Source: Carpediemonas membranifera BICM (lineage: Eukaryota; Protista; Fornicata). Taken from it: 64,000 nucleotides of DNA. This document shows, piece by piece, positions 53,401 to 63,850 of the stretch. Under the pieces are notes generated by a model. It saw only the letters and a list, made by a program, of their open reading frames with translations. It did not search any database and was not told the DNA's origin. Made by a program: the position numbers and the translations under genes. How positions within the stretch are numbered: position 1 is the stretch's first letter; each line of letters begins with the position of its first letter. The stretch is from assembly GCA_019828565.1 (NCBI GenBank), contig JAHDYR010000038.1:326735-390734 (forward strand). Reading direction: 5' to 3'.

Positions 53401-54177
53401 CTAATCATAAGGCTGTCTCCCAGGTAGGCAAGCTTGCATCGGCAGCCCTAAGGATCAGCCCAACTGCATCGGAGGCGAAGTACCTGGAGCTAGGCTGGCT
53501 GCATCCAGAGGCAATGCTCCTGCTGGACAGATTCAAGCAAGGGGGTGAGATGGGCGAGAATCCATCCGGGCAAGGATCTCCCAGACTGCATTGCTGAGGC
53601 ACAAGGCAGCCTTGGCCTGTCCCACTCCGACAGCCTTGACCTAGCAGCCTGTCGAGCAGCCCAGCTCTCTCACGACATAATCTGCCGTGGTAACAAAGTG
53701 GCTGTCAGGAGATACGTCACGGAGTCGGCACTCACCCGCCCTTTTACCCGCTCTAACTACCCGGCCAGGCAGCCATACCTCGACCATCTAACGGCTGGGC
53801 CAGCGAAGCGCCTCGCGATGCTACGGCTATCGTGTCTACCAATGCCAACGAGAGGGGCTCTTCCTGACGCGTGGCAGCCGGTCAGGGGAATCCTACAGGA
53901 CCTGAAGGATGAACCGGAAGCCGCCGCAGCTCTTGAGGCATGTCCTCTCTGTCAGGGTGAGGCCATCGCCGCGGCTGTGATTGAGATCCTGACGTCCCCT
54001 ACCAAGACCTTAGCAGTGCTGAGATCCAGGACGTGGGTTGTCCTGAACCAGACCCACTTGGCTAAGTGCGACCACTTCAAGATTAACCCCATCCTCCTTT
54101 TCAAGGACCCCCTGACCCTGAGCAGGCGTGACGACGCCAAGCTCACACATATGTTGAGTGTACTTTGTGACGCGTGA
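47474..54177 (+). CDS. LINE polyprotein: OTU-like protease, 17-aa repeats, DEDDh/MAEL-like exonuclease, AP endonuclease, RT, CCHC-like C-terminus; five frameshifts after ~51545
   Basis: ADGNCGLHS...LHF; VVDFEG..PVE..HG..CPYH..HCALSD; SWNC, IQE, GVG, SIYSP, GDFN; APGSDG, FRPISLL, QYGARPG, LDVAKAFD, GVRQG, LFVDD, KLLGV; CPLC..H..C. Confidence 0.88.
49025..49306 (+). repeat. 51-bp coding minisatellite (APSSVARNNIAAEGLDS), about 5.5 copies
   Basis: Units start at 49025, 49076, 49127, 49178, 49229 and 49280. Confidence 0.95.
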
Positions 54178-54563
54178 CTGGTAGGTTCCCTCGCTTACAT
54201 AGGAAAACGCCACCGTCCTCCCCGGTCTCAGGACCTCCTCGATCATCGTCCTGAGGGAGCCCCATCGGGCTCGGAGCACAGAGTCCCGCAGCGCCAAGAG
54301 CTGGAAGTTGTGAGCTGGCCGACCCGCGTGGGTCATCTTTTTACCCTTCTTCGAAGGGGTTTTAGGCCCTCCTCTCCCTGCAGCTTCAGAACAGTACTCT
54401 TGGGCGCCGCAGCTCTGGCTTCCAATGTTATGAGAACCGTTGCCCTCCTGCGGCTGATCACCGCTCGTCTGGCTCGGGTTGTGGCCAGTGCCTGGAGGTG
54501 GACACCCCGGCACTGTATCAAAAAATAAACTCAAAAACTCAAAAACTCAAAACGATTGACATC

Positions 54564-57159
54564 GTGCCAGGCGCACCCCTACCCAACCATGCCCCTCGAC
54601 CGCTCACGGCATCCACCGCCGAAAGAGTGCACGAGATTATCGACGACATGGACAGACAGGGCATCGTACGCGATTCCTACAGCCACGTGGCATCCGCAGC
54701 CGTCATCGTAGTGAAGAAGTCAAGCGAGTTACGACTTTGCGCCGACTACCGCGAGCTTAACTCGGTAACTACACCAGACAGGTTCCCCCTCGCAGATATC
54801 CGCACCTTCACCAACGACTTCATCGGTGCCAAGTACTTCTTCGCTTGTGACCTCCGGTCAGGTTTTCATCAAATGCCAGTACGCGAAGACCACAAGTACC
54901 TCACCGCTATAACGCTGCCAGGCCGGTTCAAAGAGTACAACTTTGCACCCTTTGGTCTTCGTAACCTACCGTCACAGTTCCAGCGGGCCATCCAGGCAAT
55001 CCTTGCCCCTGTGCGCGCCGACGGTACGAAGAACTACATCGATGACATCTTTGGTCGAGCCAAGACACCTCAGGAGCTTCTAGACCACGTCGACCGCCTA
55101 CTCTGTATCGCAGAGGAACGCAACGTCCGCCTCCGCGGCGACAAGTGTGTCTTCGGGGCGACGTCTATCGAGATCCTCGGCGATATCGTCGATGGCAAGG
55201 GCCGCCGCATGAGCCCTACTCGTGTCAGATCCATGCAGGACCTCGCCGCACCTCACTCGGTCAAGGACCTACGCATGATCATCGGTATGTTCACATACCT
55301 CAGTGACTATATCCCCGACTGCCAGACACGCCTCAAGCCGCTCCAGGCCTTGGTCAGCAAGGTCCCACCCTACACCTTCAACGACTGGGACGACACGCTT
55401 CAGGCTCTGTTTGATCAGCTCAAGCAGGCCGTGACAGACGAAGAGGTCCTCGCCCATCCGGACCAGAGCAGGCCCTGGCGCCTCGAGACCGACGCCTCTC
55501 TCGAAGGCATCGGCGGTGTCTTACTGCAGCTTGACTCGGACAACACATGGCGCGTCGTGTCATTCTTCTCAAAGGTCTTCAACGACACACAGTCGCGTTG
55601 GTGCACGTACGACCAGGAGCTGTTCGCGATCATCTACTGCCTCACTCGGCCTGACCTCTCGCCCATCTTTAGAGTCCACCAGGACCTGACGATCTGGACG
55701 GACCACCGCAACTTGGTCTACCTGCACTCCAAGGCTGGCCAGGAAAACCGTAAGCACCTCCGCTGGCTGCTTATGATCCAAGAGTTCGAGTTCGTCATCA
55801 GACACATCGCAGGCGCGCAGAACACACTGGCCGACGCACTCAGTCGATACAACCCGCAGGCCACAGTCACGCAGGTCAACAACGTCTCAGAGGCCGAGCT
55901 CGACGAAGACGCCAAGCGCAAGATCGTGCAAGAAGCTCACCGATACCACGAGGGCGAGCAGGCCACCATCAGGAACGTCCGCCAGCTTGGGCACGATTGG
56001 CCAGGCCTCCACTCCGACGTGCACGCAGTCGTGTCAACCTGCGTGTACTGCGCTAAGGCACGCCTCTCCGCTTTCATTAAGACCACAACGCAGTCTTCTC
56101 TGCGCGACCGACCCTTCCAGACCATCGCTGTAGACACCATGGGTCCTTTCCCTGTCGACTCCGAGGGTTTCAGATACATCGTGGTGGCAACCGACATGTT
56201 TACCCGCTTCACGGAGCTCATCCCCACAGCTTCCAACAACGCGACGACGGTCGGGCTGGCACTTTGGTCCATCATCGGACGCTACGGTGTGCCTCGCGAG
56301 TTCCTTTCGGACAACGGCCCCGAGTACCGCAATCGGATGATAGAAGCTTTCCTTGATCGCTTGCAGGTCACGTACCACCGGACAATCCCTTTCCACCCTC
56401 AGTCAAACGGCCTGGCCGAGAGACGCAACCAGGAAGGTAAGGAAGGTCAAGCGACACTTACGTGTGCTCTGTCTGATGTTTGACCGTTACGACGCCTGGG
56501 CCTCCGTGGTCCCATACGTCCAGTACATCCTGAACACTACGGTCCACTCCGTCACCGGCGTCGAACCCATTGCTCTCTTGATGGGCAAGCATGCCTCCGC
56601 TCGCGACTTCACGATCGCACCCAAGGAGGAGGGTAGAGTTCATACTCCCCTGGACGACATAGCCTCCTACATCGACGCGCTCACCGAGCACCTCCAGATC
56701 CTCGCCGACCAGGCCCTCAACCGCCAGCAGGCAATGACAAGGACCGCAGAGCCGACGCCCCCGATCGAGCCGGGCACTCTGGTCCTTCGTAAGAACGAGA
56801 GCCCCACGAAGCTACACGGCCACCGCGGCCCATTCCGCATCACAGCCGCCGACGGTTACGCAGCGGAGATCACGCCGCTCACTGGCGGCAAGAGCCGCCG
56901 GGTCCACCTGAGCCAGTTAATCCGCATCTGCCAAGGCCCCCTCAGCGACGCCGAACTGTTGCGCATCGCGGCTACCGACGACGAGGAGTATTACGTCGAG
57001 AAAGTCCTAGAGGTCGACGACGAGACTGGCGACCTCCTCATTAAGTGGCTCGGCTTCCCTGAGGCTAAGGCCACGTGGGAGGGTCCCAACTCTGACGCCG
57101 CCCGCACGTCCGTCGTGCGCCGTCACCTCGAGGAGAGGGGTAGTGTCCCAATCAATTGA
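54564..57159 (+). CDS. pol: Gypsy pol: RT, RNase H, integrase, chromodomain (one frameshift near 56435)
   Basis: LRLCADYRELN, DLRSGFHQ, PFGL, YIDD; ETDAS, ELFAI, TDHRNL; H..H..CVYC, VDTMGP, SDNG, ERRN; YYVEKVL..IKWLGF..ATWE. Confidence 0.95.
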
Positions 57160-57196
57160 TTAAACCTCTTTCGCTAGCTGTTCTATCCATACCACA
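57144..57196 (+). repeat. 3' LTR (53 bp)
   Basis: Identical to the 5' LTR; contains the pol stop codon. Confidence 0.95.
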
Positions 57197-57201
57197 CCCA
57201 T

Positions 57202-57634
57202 CACCATGCGTGTGTGCGCATGGCTGGGTCATGACGGCATACTAGGGCATACAATAACGCCAGGGACATTCGACAGGCAGCTATTCTACGACTCCTTTAT
57301 CGCCAATGTGTATTACAAAATGAATCCATGGCCTGGGCCACGGTCGATCTTAATGCTCGACAACGCCTCAATTCACCACTTTCCTCAGTTGCAGCAATGT
57401 ATCGACAACATTGGCGCCAAGATGATCTTTCTGCCCCCATACAGTCCGCACCTTAATCCCATAGAGGTCATGTTCTCCATCATCAAGTCTCGCATACAGA
57501 GAGATCAAGCTGCTTTTGCTCAAGCTCCAGCATCCACACTGAGCAGGCTCTTCGCTGAAGTGACCAACAGTCAATCACACCTCTTCAGCTCCCATGGCTA
57601 CCACGACGGGCAGCTGGACATACACTTCAGATAA
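57202..57634 (+). pseudogene. IS630/Tc1-mariner DDE transposase, C-terminal fragment
   Basis: ILMLDNASIH and LPPYSPHLNPIE..FS..K; first catalytic Asp and HTH not evident. Confidence 0.85.
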
Positions 57635-57643
57635 ACGCTTTAT

Positions 57644-58375
57644 TCAGTCTTCCTGGTGCTCGTAGTCGGGAATGTTGAGGCTGTTGGGCATGATAGGCGG
57701 CGGGGGACGACTGACCGGAGCTGGAGTTGTCTGGGCGCGTCTCAGTAGTGCTCGGACTTCAGTTACACGCTCATAGGGGACTGGAACGAGGACATACGCA
57801 TCCAAGTCGAAGTTGGGAGGCCGTCTAGGATGCTGAGGTGTCTCTGCAAGCTCTTGGCTCGCTTGTGGCCGCTCGTATTGAACGCCAGCCGGTGGATCAA
57901 GGGCAGTGACTCCGTCAACTCCTGACGCCAGGGAGTGAGCCCAACCCATCAGCTGAGATTCGGTCAGGCCAGGATTGGCAGCACGAAGGATCTCGCGGGC
58001 TTCATGCAAAGCCTCTCGGCCGACGAGTGCGTTTCGCGGTTGGTGGACAGGTTGAGATGAAGCTGTGGTCTTGTTGGGGTCAGCAGTCCACACATATGCC
58101 TCAGGCTTGCTGCATCTGGTGAACTTGCTCCAGGCAGCCATAGTAATGTCTTCTAAGAAGACCTTATCATTGGGAAGCTTGTAACGTACCTGAATTCTCT
58201 GCTTTGCAACGCTCTCTGCAATGTTATACCCCTTTTCGCTGACCAAGTTGCGAATATCACGCACGAAGGCTTCCATAGCTGTCCACTCTTGCTTCATCTG
58301 CACTATAAACGTGCAAAGTACCTTGTTACGAGACTTCTTCACCTTAATAGTAACATCCGTTCCCTCATCGTCCAT
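57644..58375 (-). CDS. Hypothetical protein convergent with the transposase fragment
   Basis: 243-aa ORF with ATG start, stop 9 bp from the transposase stop; AT-rich upstream region. Confidence 0.55.
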   Translation of the reverse strand: MDDEGTDVTIKVKKSRNKVLCTFIVQMKQEWTAMEAFVRDIRNLVSEKGYNIAESVAKQRIQVRYKLPNDKVFLEDITMAAWSKFTRCSKPEAYVWTADPNKTTASSQPVHQPRNALVGREALHEAREILRAANPGLTESQLMGWAHSLASGVDGVTALDPPAGVQYERPQASQELAETPQHPRRPPNFDLDAYVLVPVPYERVTEVRALLRRAQTTPAPVSRPPPPIMPNSLNIPDYEHQED

Positions 58376-58792
58376 CGCTCAATTCACCTGTTTTCAGCAC
58401 TCAAAACACAGTGTTTGATTGCTTAATTCAGGACTCAAAATAAACAAGCTCGTGGTTGATTTAAGGTGAAAAAAGCAATATAAAGAAAAGTTTACTATGA
58501 AGGATCGCGTCGGTCTACGGTCTGGAGAGCAGAGCCAGGTCGAGTTCACGAGTTAACGGCTTCGTGATTGTCACGTCTACAGTTGCCTTGACTGTACCAA
58601 GGCACCTGGCGGTGTAGCACGTGGCTAGGAACTTTTGATTAGAGTGTTAAACACGCTATTTATGAAGATACCGGTCCTGTACTGCTATATATGTAAATAC
58701 CTGGGTATATGGCGGAGTTGTTGGCCCATCTCTTTCGCCAATTTGAACGATGATCTCATCAAAGTCAAGAATGGTCAACCCACAACCCGGAT

Positions 58793-59662
58793 CTATAAAA
58801 ATAGAATATCAAGTGTATATCTGATGCCCGAGATCACCGGCCTGACCGTCGATAGAATGACCTTGGTGAAGGGCGACCGGAACCTGGCGTCATGTGTCTC
58901 CTGTCTCGATTTCCGCCGCTGCTTGATCTTGCTCGTAGTACTTGTGGAAGGCTTAGGTGTGGGTGAGTCTGGCGGATAGTTTGCCCGCCGTTCGACGTGT
59001 GTGAGGCTCTGCTCGCTGAACTCTACCGTCTCACACTCCAGGATGCTGCTGTCTGCCGCAGAGTCGTCTGGACCACAGACGACTGGAGCAAGAAGCTCGG
59101 GCATGGTACTATTCTTGAGACACCCCGTCCTGGGCGTGATGTCGTTGGAAAGGAGGGTGGGCGTGAGGAGTACATCATCCTCACAGACCTCGGCTACGTC
59201 TGGGAGAACAAATCGGACAGACTGGGAGGCAAGGGAATCCGTGCTGTAGTTGCTCGCTGTGCTGTCCTTTCGGAGGCAGGAGCGGGGTGTTGCGGGCGAG
59301 ACTGAGCAGTCTCGGTTTCTGATGCTCATTTGAGATGCTGAACTGAACGAACGAGGACGCGACGGTGAATGGAAAGAGTAGTTCGCGGATTCTTGCTTCC
59401 TATACGTCCGTATGGCATCAATATCACTTGCTCGTCGCCCATGATGTGCGACGTTCTTATGTTGACGGTGAAGAGCAGCGAAACGCTCCAAATTACGAAT
59501 AGTCTGAGGCTCTTGATGTGTATCGTTCTCGCTCATCACTGTTATTACTCCAAGTGGGCTGATATGCAAGCGAGCGTGCCGCGGTCGGTCACTGAATGGC
59601 TGCCCTTGACCGCACAAGATTCTGAGATTCTCCGTATGCAAGCCGAGTATGGAGCATGCCAC
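58793..59662 (-). CDS. Ser-rich hypothetical protein (start uncertain)
   Basis: 289-aa ORF; no domain recognised. Confidence 0.45.
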   Translation of the reverse strand: MACSILGLHTENLRILCGQGQPFSDRPRHARLHISPLGVITVMSENDTHQEPQTIRNLERFAALHRQHKNVAHHGRRASDIDAIRTYRKQESANYSFHSPSRPRSFSSASQMSIRNRDCSVSPATPRSCLRKDSTASNYSTDSLASQSVRFVLPDVAEVCEDDVLLTPTLLSNDITPRTGCLKNSTMPELLAPVVCGPDDSAADSSILECETVEFSEQSLTHVERRANYPPDSPTPKPSTSTTSKIKQRRKSRQETHDARFRSPFTKVILSTVRPVISGIRYTLDILFL

Positions 59663-60340
59663 TCAGAGGTCTCGGCCGGGTCACCCTTTGCCTCGGATGC
59701 CTTGATGAGCTCCAATTTTTCTCAAGACTTACGTTTTCACCACAACTGTTTCCGGAATATTTGGGGCGAAGCGTGGCCTGGGTGTCGCAAATGACTCCCT
59801 CAGTAACATTGGCCTCACGGACTTGTGACCTCACTATCGATGATCTCCAAAGTTTTCGGGTCCGGAAAAGTCTTCTCGAATCATAAAGACCCTTTGCACA
59901 GCCGCCGCAGGCAGGCAAGACGCGTGGTGGCTACTCTTATCGGCGGGCAGGCAGCAAGACCGTGGGAGCGGCATTCTCCCATCATTCTACAAGTCATCCA
60001 TTGGAAACACGACATGCTCTGGGAAGCAGGGGCCTGCCGGATGAACGAGGCGGATTCCTTCTCTCATAGTGTCTGCTCAGATCTCTGACTCTGACTCGCT
60101 CGATTGCTGGGCGATCAGAATTGCCAGACTGAAAACGCAAGGAATGTCGGAGCAATGACCTTCTAAGCGGCGCTCCTACTCAGCCCGATAGTAAATTGAG
60201 TCAAGATGGCGAGGGAGACCACGTATGTAACACGTAAATCGTGTATGTACGCGAAGCACACGAAAAACTCTCTGGCGCGCATGCCATTGAACGCAGACAG
60301 GATAGCCATAGAGGCCCTCGAGCACGCTATTGTAAGCACA

Positions 60341-61106
60341 ATGTCGGATCCAGTGAAGAATGCGCTCGAGGTGCGCGAGGCGACGATAGATGGGCTATGC
60401 GATGCTGCATCGGCCATTGCAGAGCGCTACTGTGCCCAGGTCGAACGGACCGGAAATCGCCTGCTCTTTAGCGTTCGTTCCTCCTCCCTTCCTCACGCAG
60501 CAGCCGCCCGTTGTGGGCATCATCGGCTTTGGTGAGCTCGGCCACGCCATATTCCAGTGCCTGCGGCCCCTCGGCAAGTTCCGCTTCCTCATCTCCACGC
60601 GCACAGTTACACCCGCGATCAAGGTGCTCGGCAAGTCCGATGACGTGCGGATCTGTGGCGACAACGACCTCGTCGTCCTCGGGGCCCGCATAGTATTCGT
60701 ATGCACGCCTCGAGTGCAGCTCCTGGACGTCTACCCGGCTGTGGGCACGAGGCTCCGTGAGTTGCGAGATAGGTTCCTGGTCGAGCAGGGCATCACGCTC
60801 ATGCCTTTGGTGGAGCTCACAGAATTCTCCCCCGCAGATTGCGCAAGCATCGCCTTTCTACCCCCGCCTCCCATCTTGTACGCTGCAGCGGCAGTACCCA
60901 GGACCAGGGTCGACAAACTCCTCGGCGTGGAGGATGACACCGGCCTGGCCCAACTCACACCGCACACGCCCAGCGACGTGTTTGACGGGTATATGCGAGA
61001 GACGGTGACCACGATGTGGGCTGCGGCAGCCATGGACGTGTGCGACGACGACCTGGGTGCAGTTGATGTCCTCGACGGGCTCTGCATGCATTATATCGGG
61101 GAGTGA
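60341..61106 (+). CDS. NAD(P)-binding P5CR-N/NOXRED1-like protein, exons 60341-60472 and 60501-61106 (start uncertain)
   Basis: VGIIGFGELG Rossmann motif and IVFVCTP; 28-nt GTTCGT..CAG intron (60473-60500) joins ORFs 60206 and 60390 in phase 0. Confidence 0.7.
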
Positions 61107-61732
61107 AGGAGGCTAGGGGTCAAGAACAGGCCGGTAGTTGTTGGTGCTGTTGTCCGGCGCCTCTGGTGAGACCAGTGCCGCTGTTGGATGGCTGCATGGG
61201 CACCAACCAGTAATTGTCAGTGATGATCGATGGCATTATCGAGCAATGCCTCAGCTATCTCAGCTATGCCTGTAGCAATCATTGCTCGAGCTAAACACTT
61301 GAATTGCTCATTGCAATCCCACCAACGCAGACATTGACGCTGTTTATCCTAATCGCGGAGCTATAGGTCTTGCTGGCCACCAAATCCATCGACTGGATGG
61401 GCAATGCCGTCACCTAGGTACGGAGAAGTGCTTTGGTTGCCCATTTATCGGCGAGAGAATCTTGGTTGTCCTTGTGGTTTGCAGAAAAAGTTTCTGCAAA
61501 CCCTCCGAAGAATCTAATCAAAACTGATGATCTCATGCAAGCACTTTCACAGAACTATTGGAAGCATTCATCTAGTGAGGCTTATGCCGTCATCGACATG
61601 TGATGACCGCCAAAACATGTCACCAGACCTTGGCTGAGCACCCCACCCCACACCGTTGTCCTTTACGTGAGTCAGCTCATAAAGGCAACCCTGTAGTCGA
61701 ATATTCGAAAATCAAACTGTACTTTACGTCCC

Positions 61733-63850
61733 TCAAACAACTGGCGACTCGTTCTTCTTCTCCAGAGTCTTGACCAGGCCAACCTTGACTGCATTAAAGC
61801 TCACCAGGACTGCGCCAAGAGTAAATGCCACAATCGCAGCCACGGCAATAAACACTACGAAGCCGAGGGCAGTCATGCGTGCGATGGCTGTGCTGCTGAG
61901 GGCACTGATCCCTGAGTCGGCACTAAGCATGTCGATGGTGAAGTAACTAGCGTAGACCTCGGCGCCGCCATAGGCCAGCTTGACGTCGACGATGCCACTG
62001 GACTCGACAGGGATGTGCTGGCCCTCTATGTTGAGAACAAGCCGGCCCTCGTTGGTAGAGGCAGTGCCAGTATAGTTGCCGACCGTCATGGTATACTGCG
62101 AGCCGACAGACTCGAAATGAGTCTTGACTCCAGTTGCCGAGTCGGGCACCTCAATGCCGACCACGGTGGGAAGGGTCTCAGCCGCGTCTGTTGAACCCGT
62201 GGGATCGAGCACAACATGGAAGGGCAGTGTGGAGAGCGAGGCAGACACCACGCTGTCCGCAGCGACGCAGCTGACAGTTCCACGAGCAGCATCGACAGAA
62301 ACATCGGCGGTAAGGATGTTGCCAAAGGCGCCAGAGTCGATTTCGAGAGAGCAGAATCCGATCTGGGTATCAGTGGCGATATCTATGGTGGATTCGGAGA
62401 TCGTCACGGTCCCGGGCGGGCTGGGGTCGATTGCCAGGCTGTCAATGGCGAGGGCGACATCAGTCGAGGAGCCGTCGCTCATGGTGACAGTCATGGTGTA
62501 GGACCCGGCGGGGAGGGTGCCGTCGGCGTTGGCCACTGGCACGACGAACGCTCTGTTTGAGTCGACCTTGGAGAAGTAGGTGGACATGGAGCAGCTCACA
62601 GCCATAACTTCGTTCGATTCGGTCCCGTTGATGCTGATGACGCTGGTGGGCTCGTCGGTGGGCCTGGGCACAAGCGTTGAGACATCGAGCGCGAGGAATG
62701 AAAGAGTAATTGCCTTCGTAACCACGGCCCCGAGTGTGTTCTTAGCAGTCACAGCGACTGTATGCGTGCCACTCCCGGTCGAGTCGGATGGAGTCAGCAC
62801 AAGTGCCCCGCCGTCCTCTGAGACTGCGACCCAGGCGGGGGTCGTGTCCTCGAGCGAGAGAGTGATCGCCCCACCGCTCGGGTCGGAGTTCACAAAGGCT
62901 GGAGTGACGCTGGTCGTAGAGGCTGATGCTATTGTATAGGCCGACTCAAAAGACTCCGACTCGCCCAGAGTTACCACGGTCACTGACGACGAGTAGTCGG
63001 CCTTCGTCCCGGCAATGGTCAGGCTGTAGGCCAGGGTCGCCGCGGACGTCTCCTGGGAGCACCGGATGACTTGGACAGAGTCGACTGTTTCAATGACGCA
63101 GCCGGTCGAGTCCCACGTGCTGCCCTTGGCCAGGGTGTACGGCGTGTCGGCCGGGTAGACCTCGAACAGGGGCGGGACAGCATTGGAGCTCTCGTTGAGC
63201 CCGACAGCAATGCTGGATCGAACGAGGACACAGGCTGTCCCGGATACGAACTGGCTGAGCCCAGTAGGGCAGGCGTCACAGCTGGTCTGGGGGCCTGTGG
63301 CGGCCGAATACTGGTCCATGCCGCAGTCCTTGCAGATGTCCCGTCCCGCGGTGTCCTGGTACTTGCCGCTGCTGCACTCCACCACTGACAGCCGGTCAAT
63401 GGCGACGCCGTAGCCCTTACTGGCCTTCTTACAGACGTTCTGGCCCGTCTCGTCCTGGTACTCACCTTCTCCATCACATGCCTGCTCATCGATATGGTCT
63501 CCATCGTCAGAAACATAGTGCCCGGCCCCAGCCAGCTTGCACGAGTCTTGGCGCGTCTCGTTCTGGTAGTACCCGCTGCCGCACATCACCTGGCTGGTCC
63601 TGGTGTCCGAGGGTTCATAGCCCAGGTCGTTCACCTTGCACACAGTCTGCCCCGCCTCATCCTGGTACTCTCCTGACCTGTTACAGCTCCGGGTGGTCGA
63701 GTCCCAGAAGCTCATAGTCCCAGCGACATTGTCGTGGCAGGATGTCCGCGTCTCGTCCGGGATCTGGTAAGGTCCGAAGGGACATGGCTCCTGAGACATG
63801 GCGCCACTGGACGCCTGGGCAACGAAGCCGGGGGCCGGGGCATGACACAT
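61733..63850 (-). CDS. Cysteine-rich type I surface protein (GCC2/GCC3-ephrin-receptor-like repeats, Ig/cadherin-like region, C-terminal TM); probably extends further 5'
   Basis: Repeated C..G.YQDE.GQ..CK units, Ser/Thr-rich beta region, TM ALGFVVFIAVAAIVAFTLGAVLV. Confidence 0.75.
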   Translation of the reverse strand: MCHAPAPGFVAQASSGAMSQEPCPFGPYQIPDETRTSCHDNVAGTMSFWDSTTRSCNRSGEYQDEAGQTVCKVNDLGYEPSDTRTSQVMCGSGYYQNETRQDSCKLAGAGHYVSDDGDHIDEQACDGEGEYQDETGQNVCKKASKGYGVAIDRLSVVECSSGKYQDTAGRDICKDCGMDQYSAATGPQTSCDACPTGLSQFVSGTACVLVRSSIAVGLNESSNAVPPLFEVYPADTPYTLAKGSTWDSTGCVIETVDSVQVIRCSQETSAATLAYSLTIAGTKADYSSSVTVVTLGESESFESAYTIASASTTSVTPAFVNSDPSGGAITLSLEDTTPAWVAVSEDGGALVLTPSDSTGSGTHTVAVTAKNTLGAVVTKAITLSFLALDVSTLVPRPTDEPTSVISINGTESNEVMAVSCSMSTYFSKVDSNRAFVVPVANADGTLPAGSYTMTVTMSDGSSTDVALAIDSLAIDPSPPGTVTISESTIDIATDTQIGFCSLEIDSGAFGNILTADVSVDAARGTVSCVAADSVVSASLSTLPFHVVLDPTGSTDAAETLPTVVGIEVPDSATGVKTHFESVGSQYTMTVGNYTGTASTNEGRLVLNIEGQHIPVESSGIVDVKLAYGGAEVYASYFTIDMLSADSGISALSSTAIARMTALGFVVFIAVAAIVAFTLGAVLVSFNAVKVGLVKTLEKKNESPVV

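Larger units (their letters stand above)
47460..54550 (+). mobile_element. APE-type non-LTR retrotransposon with OTU-like and MAEL-like DEDDh accessory domains
   Basis: 13-bp TSD AACGATTGACATC (47447-47459 and 54551-54563); 3' AATAAA then about 3 CTCAAAAA units; APE and RT motifs. Confidence 0.93.
45559..57196 (+). mobile_element. Ty3/Gypsy chromovirus-type LTR retrotransposon, interrupted by a LINE
   Basis: Identical TG..CA LTRs; 5-bp TSD CCCAT (45554-45558 and 57197-57201); PPT GAGGAGAGGGGTAG (57130-57143); domain order gag-PR-RT-RH-IN-chromo. Confidence 0.95.

Noticed and set aside
47513-54498. Treating gag-PR and RT-IN as separate elements or as a programmed frameshift
   Set aside because: They rejoin in one frame once the TSD-bounded LINE is removed
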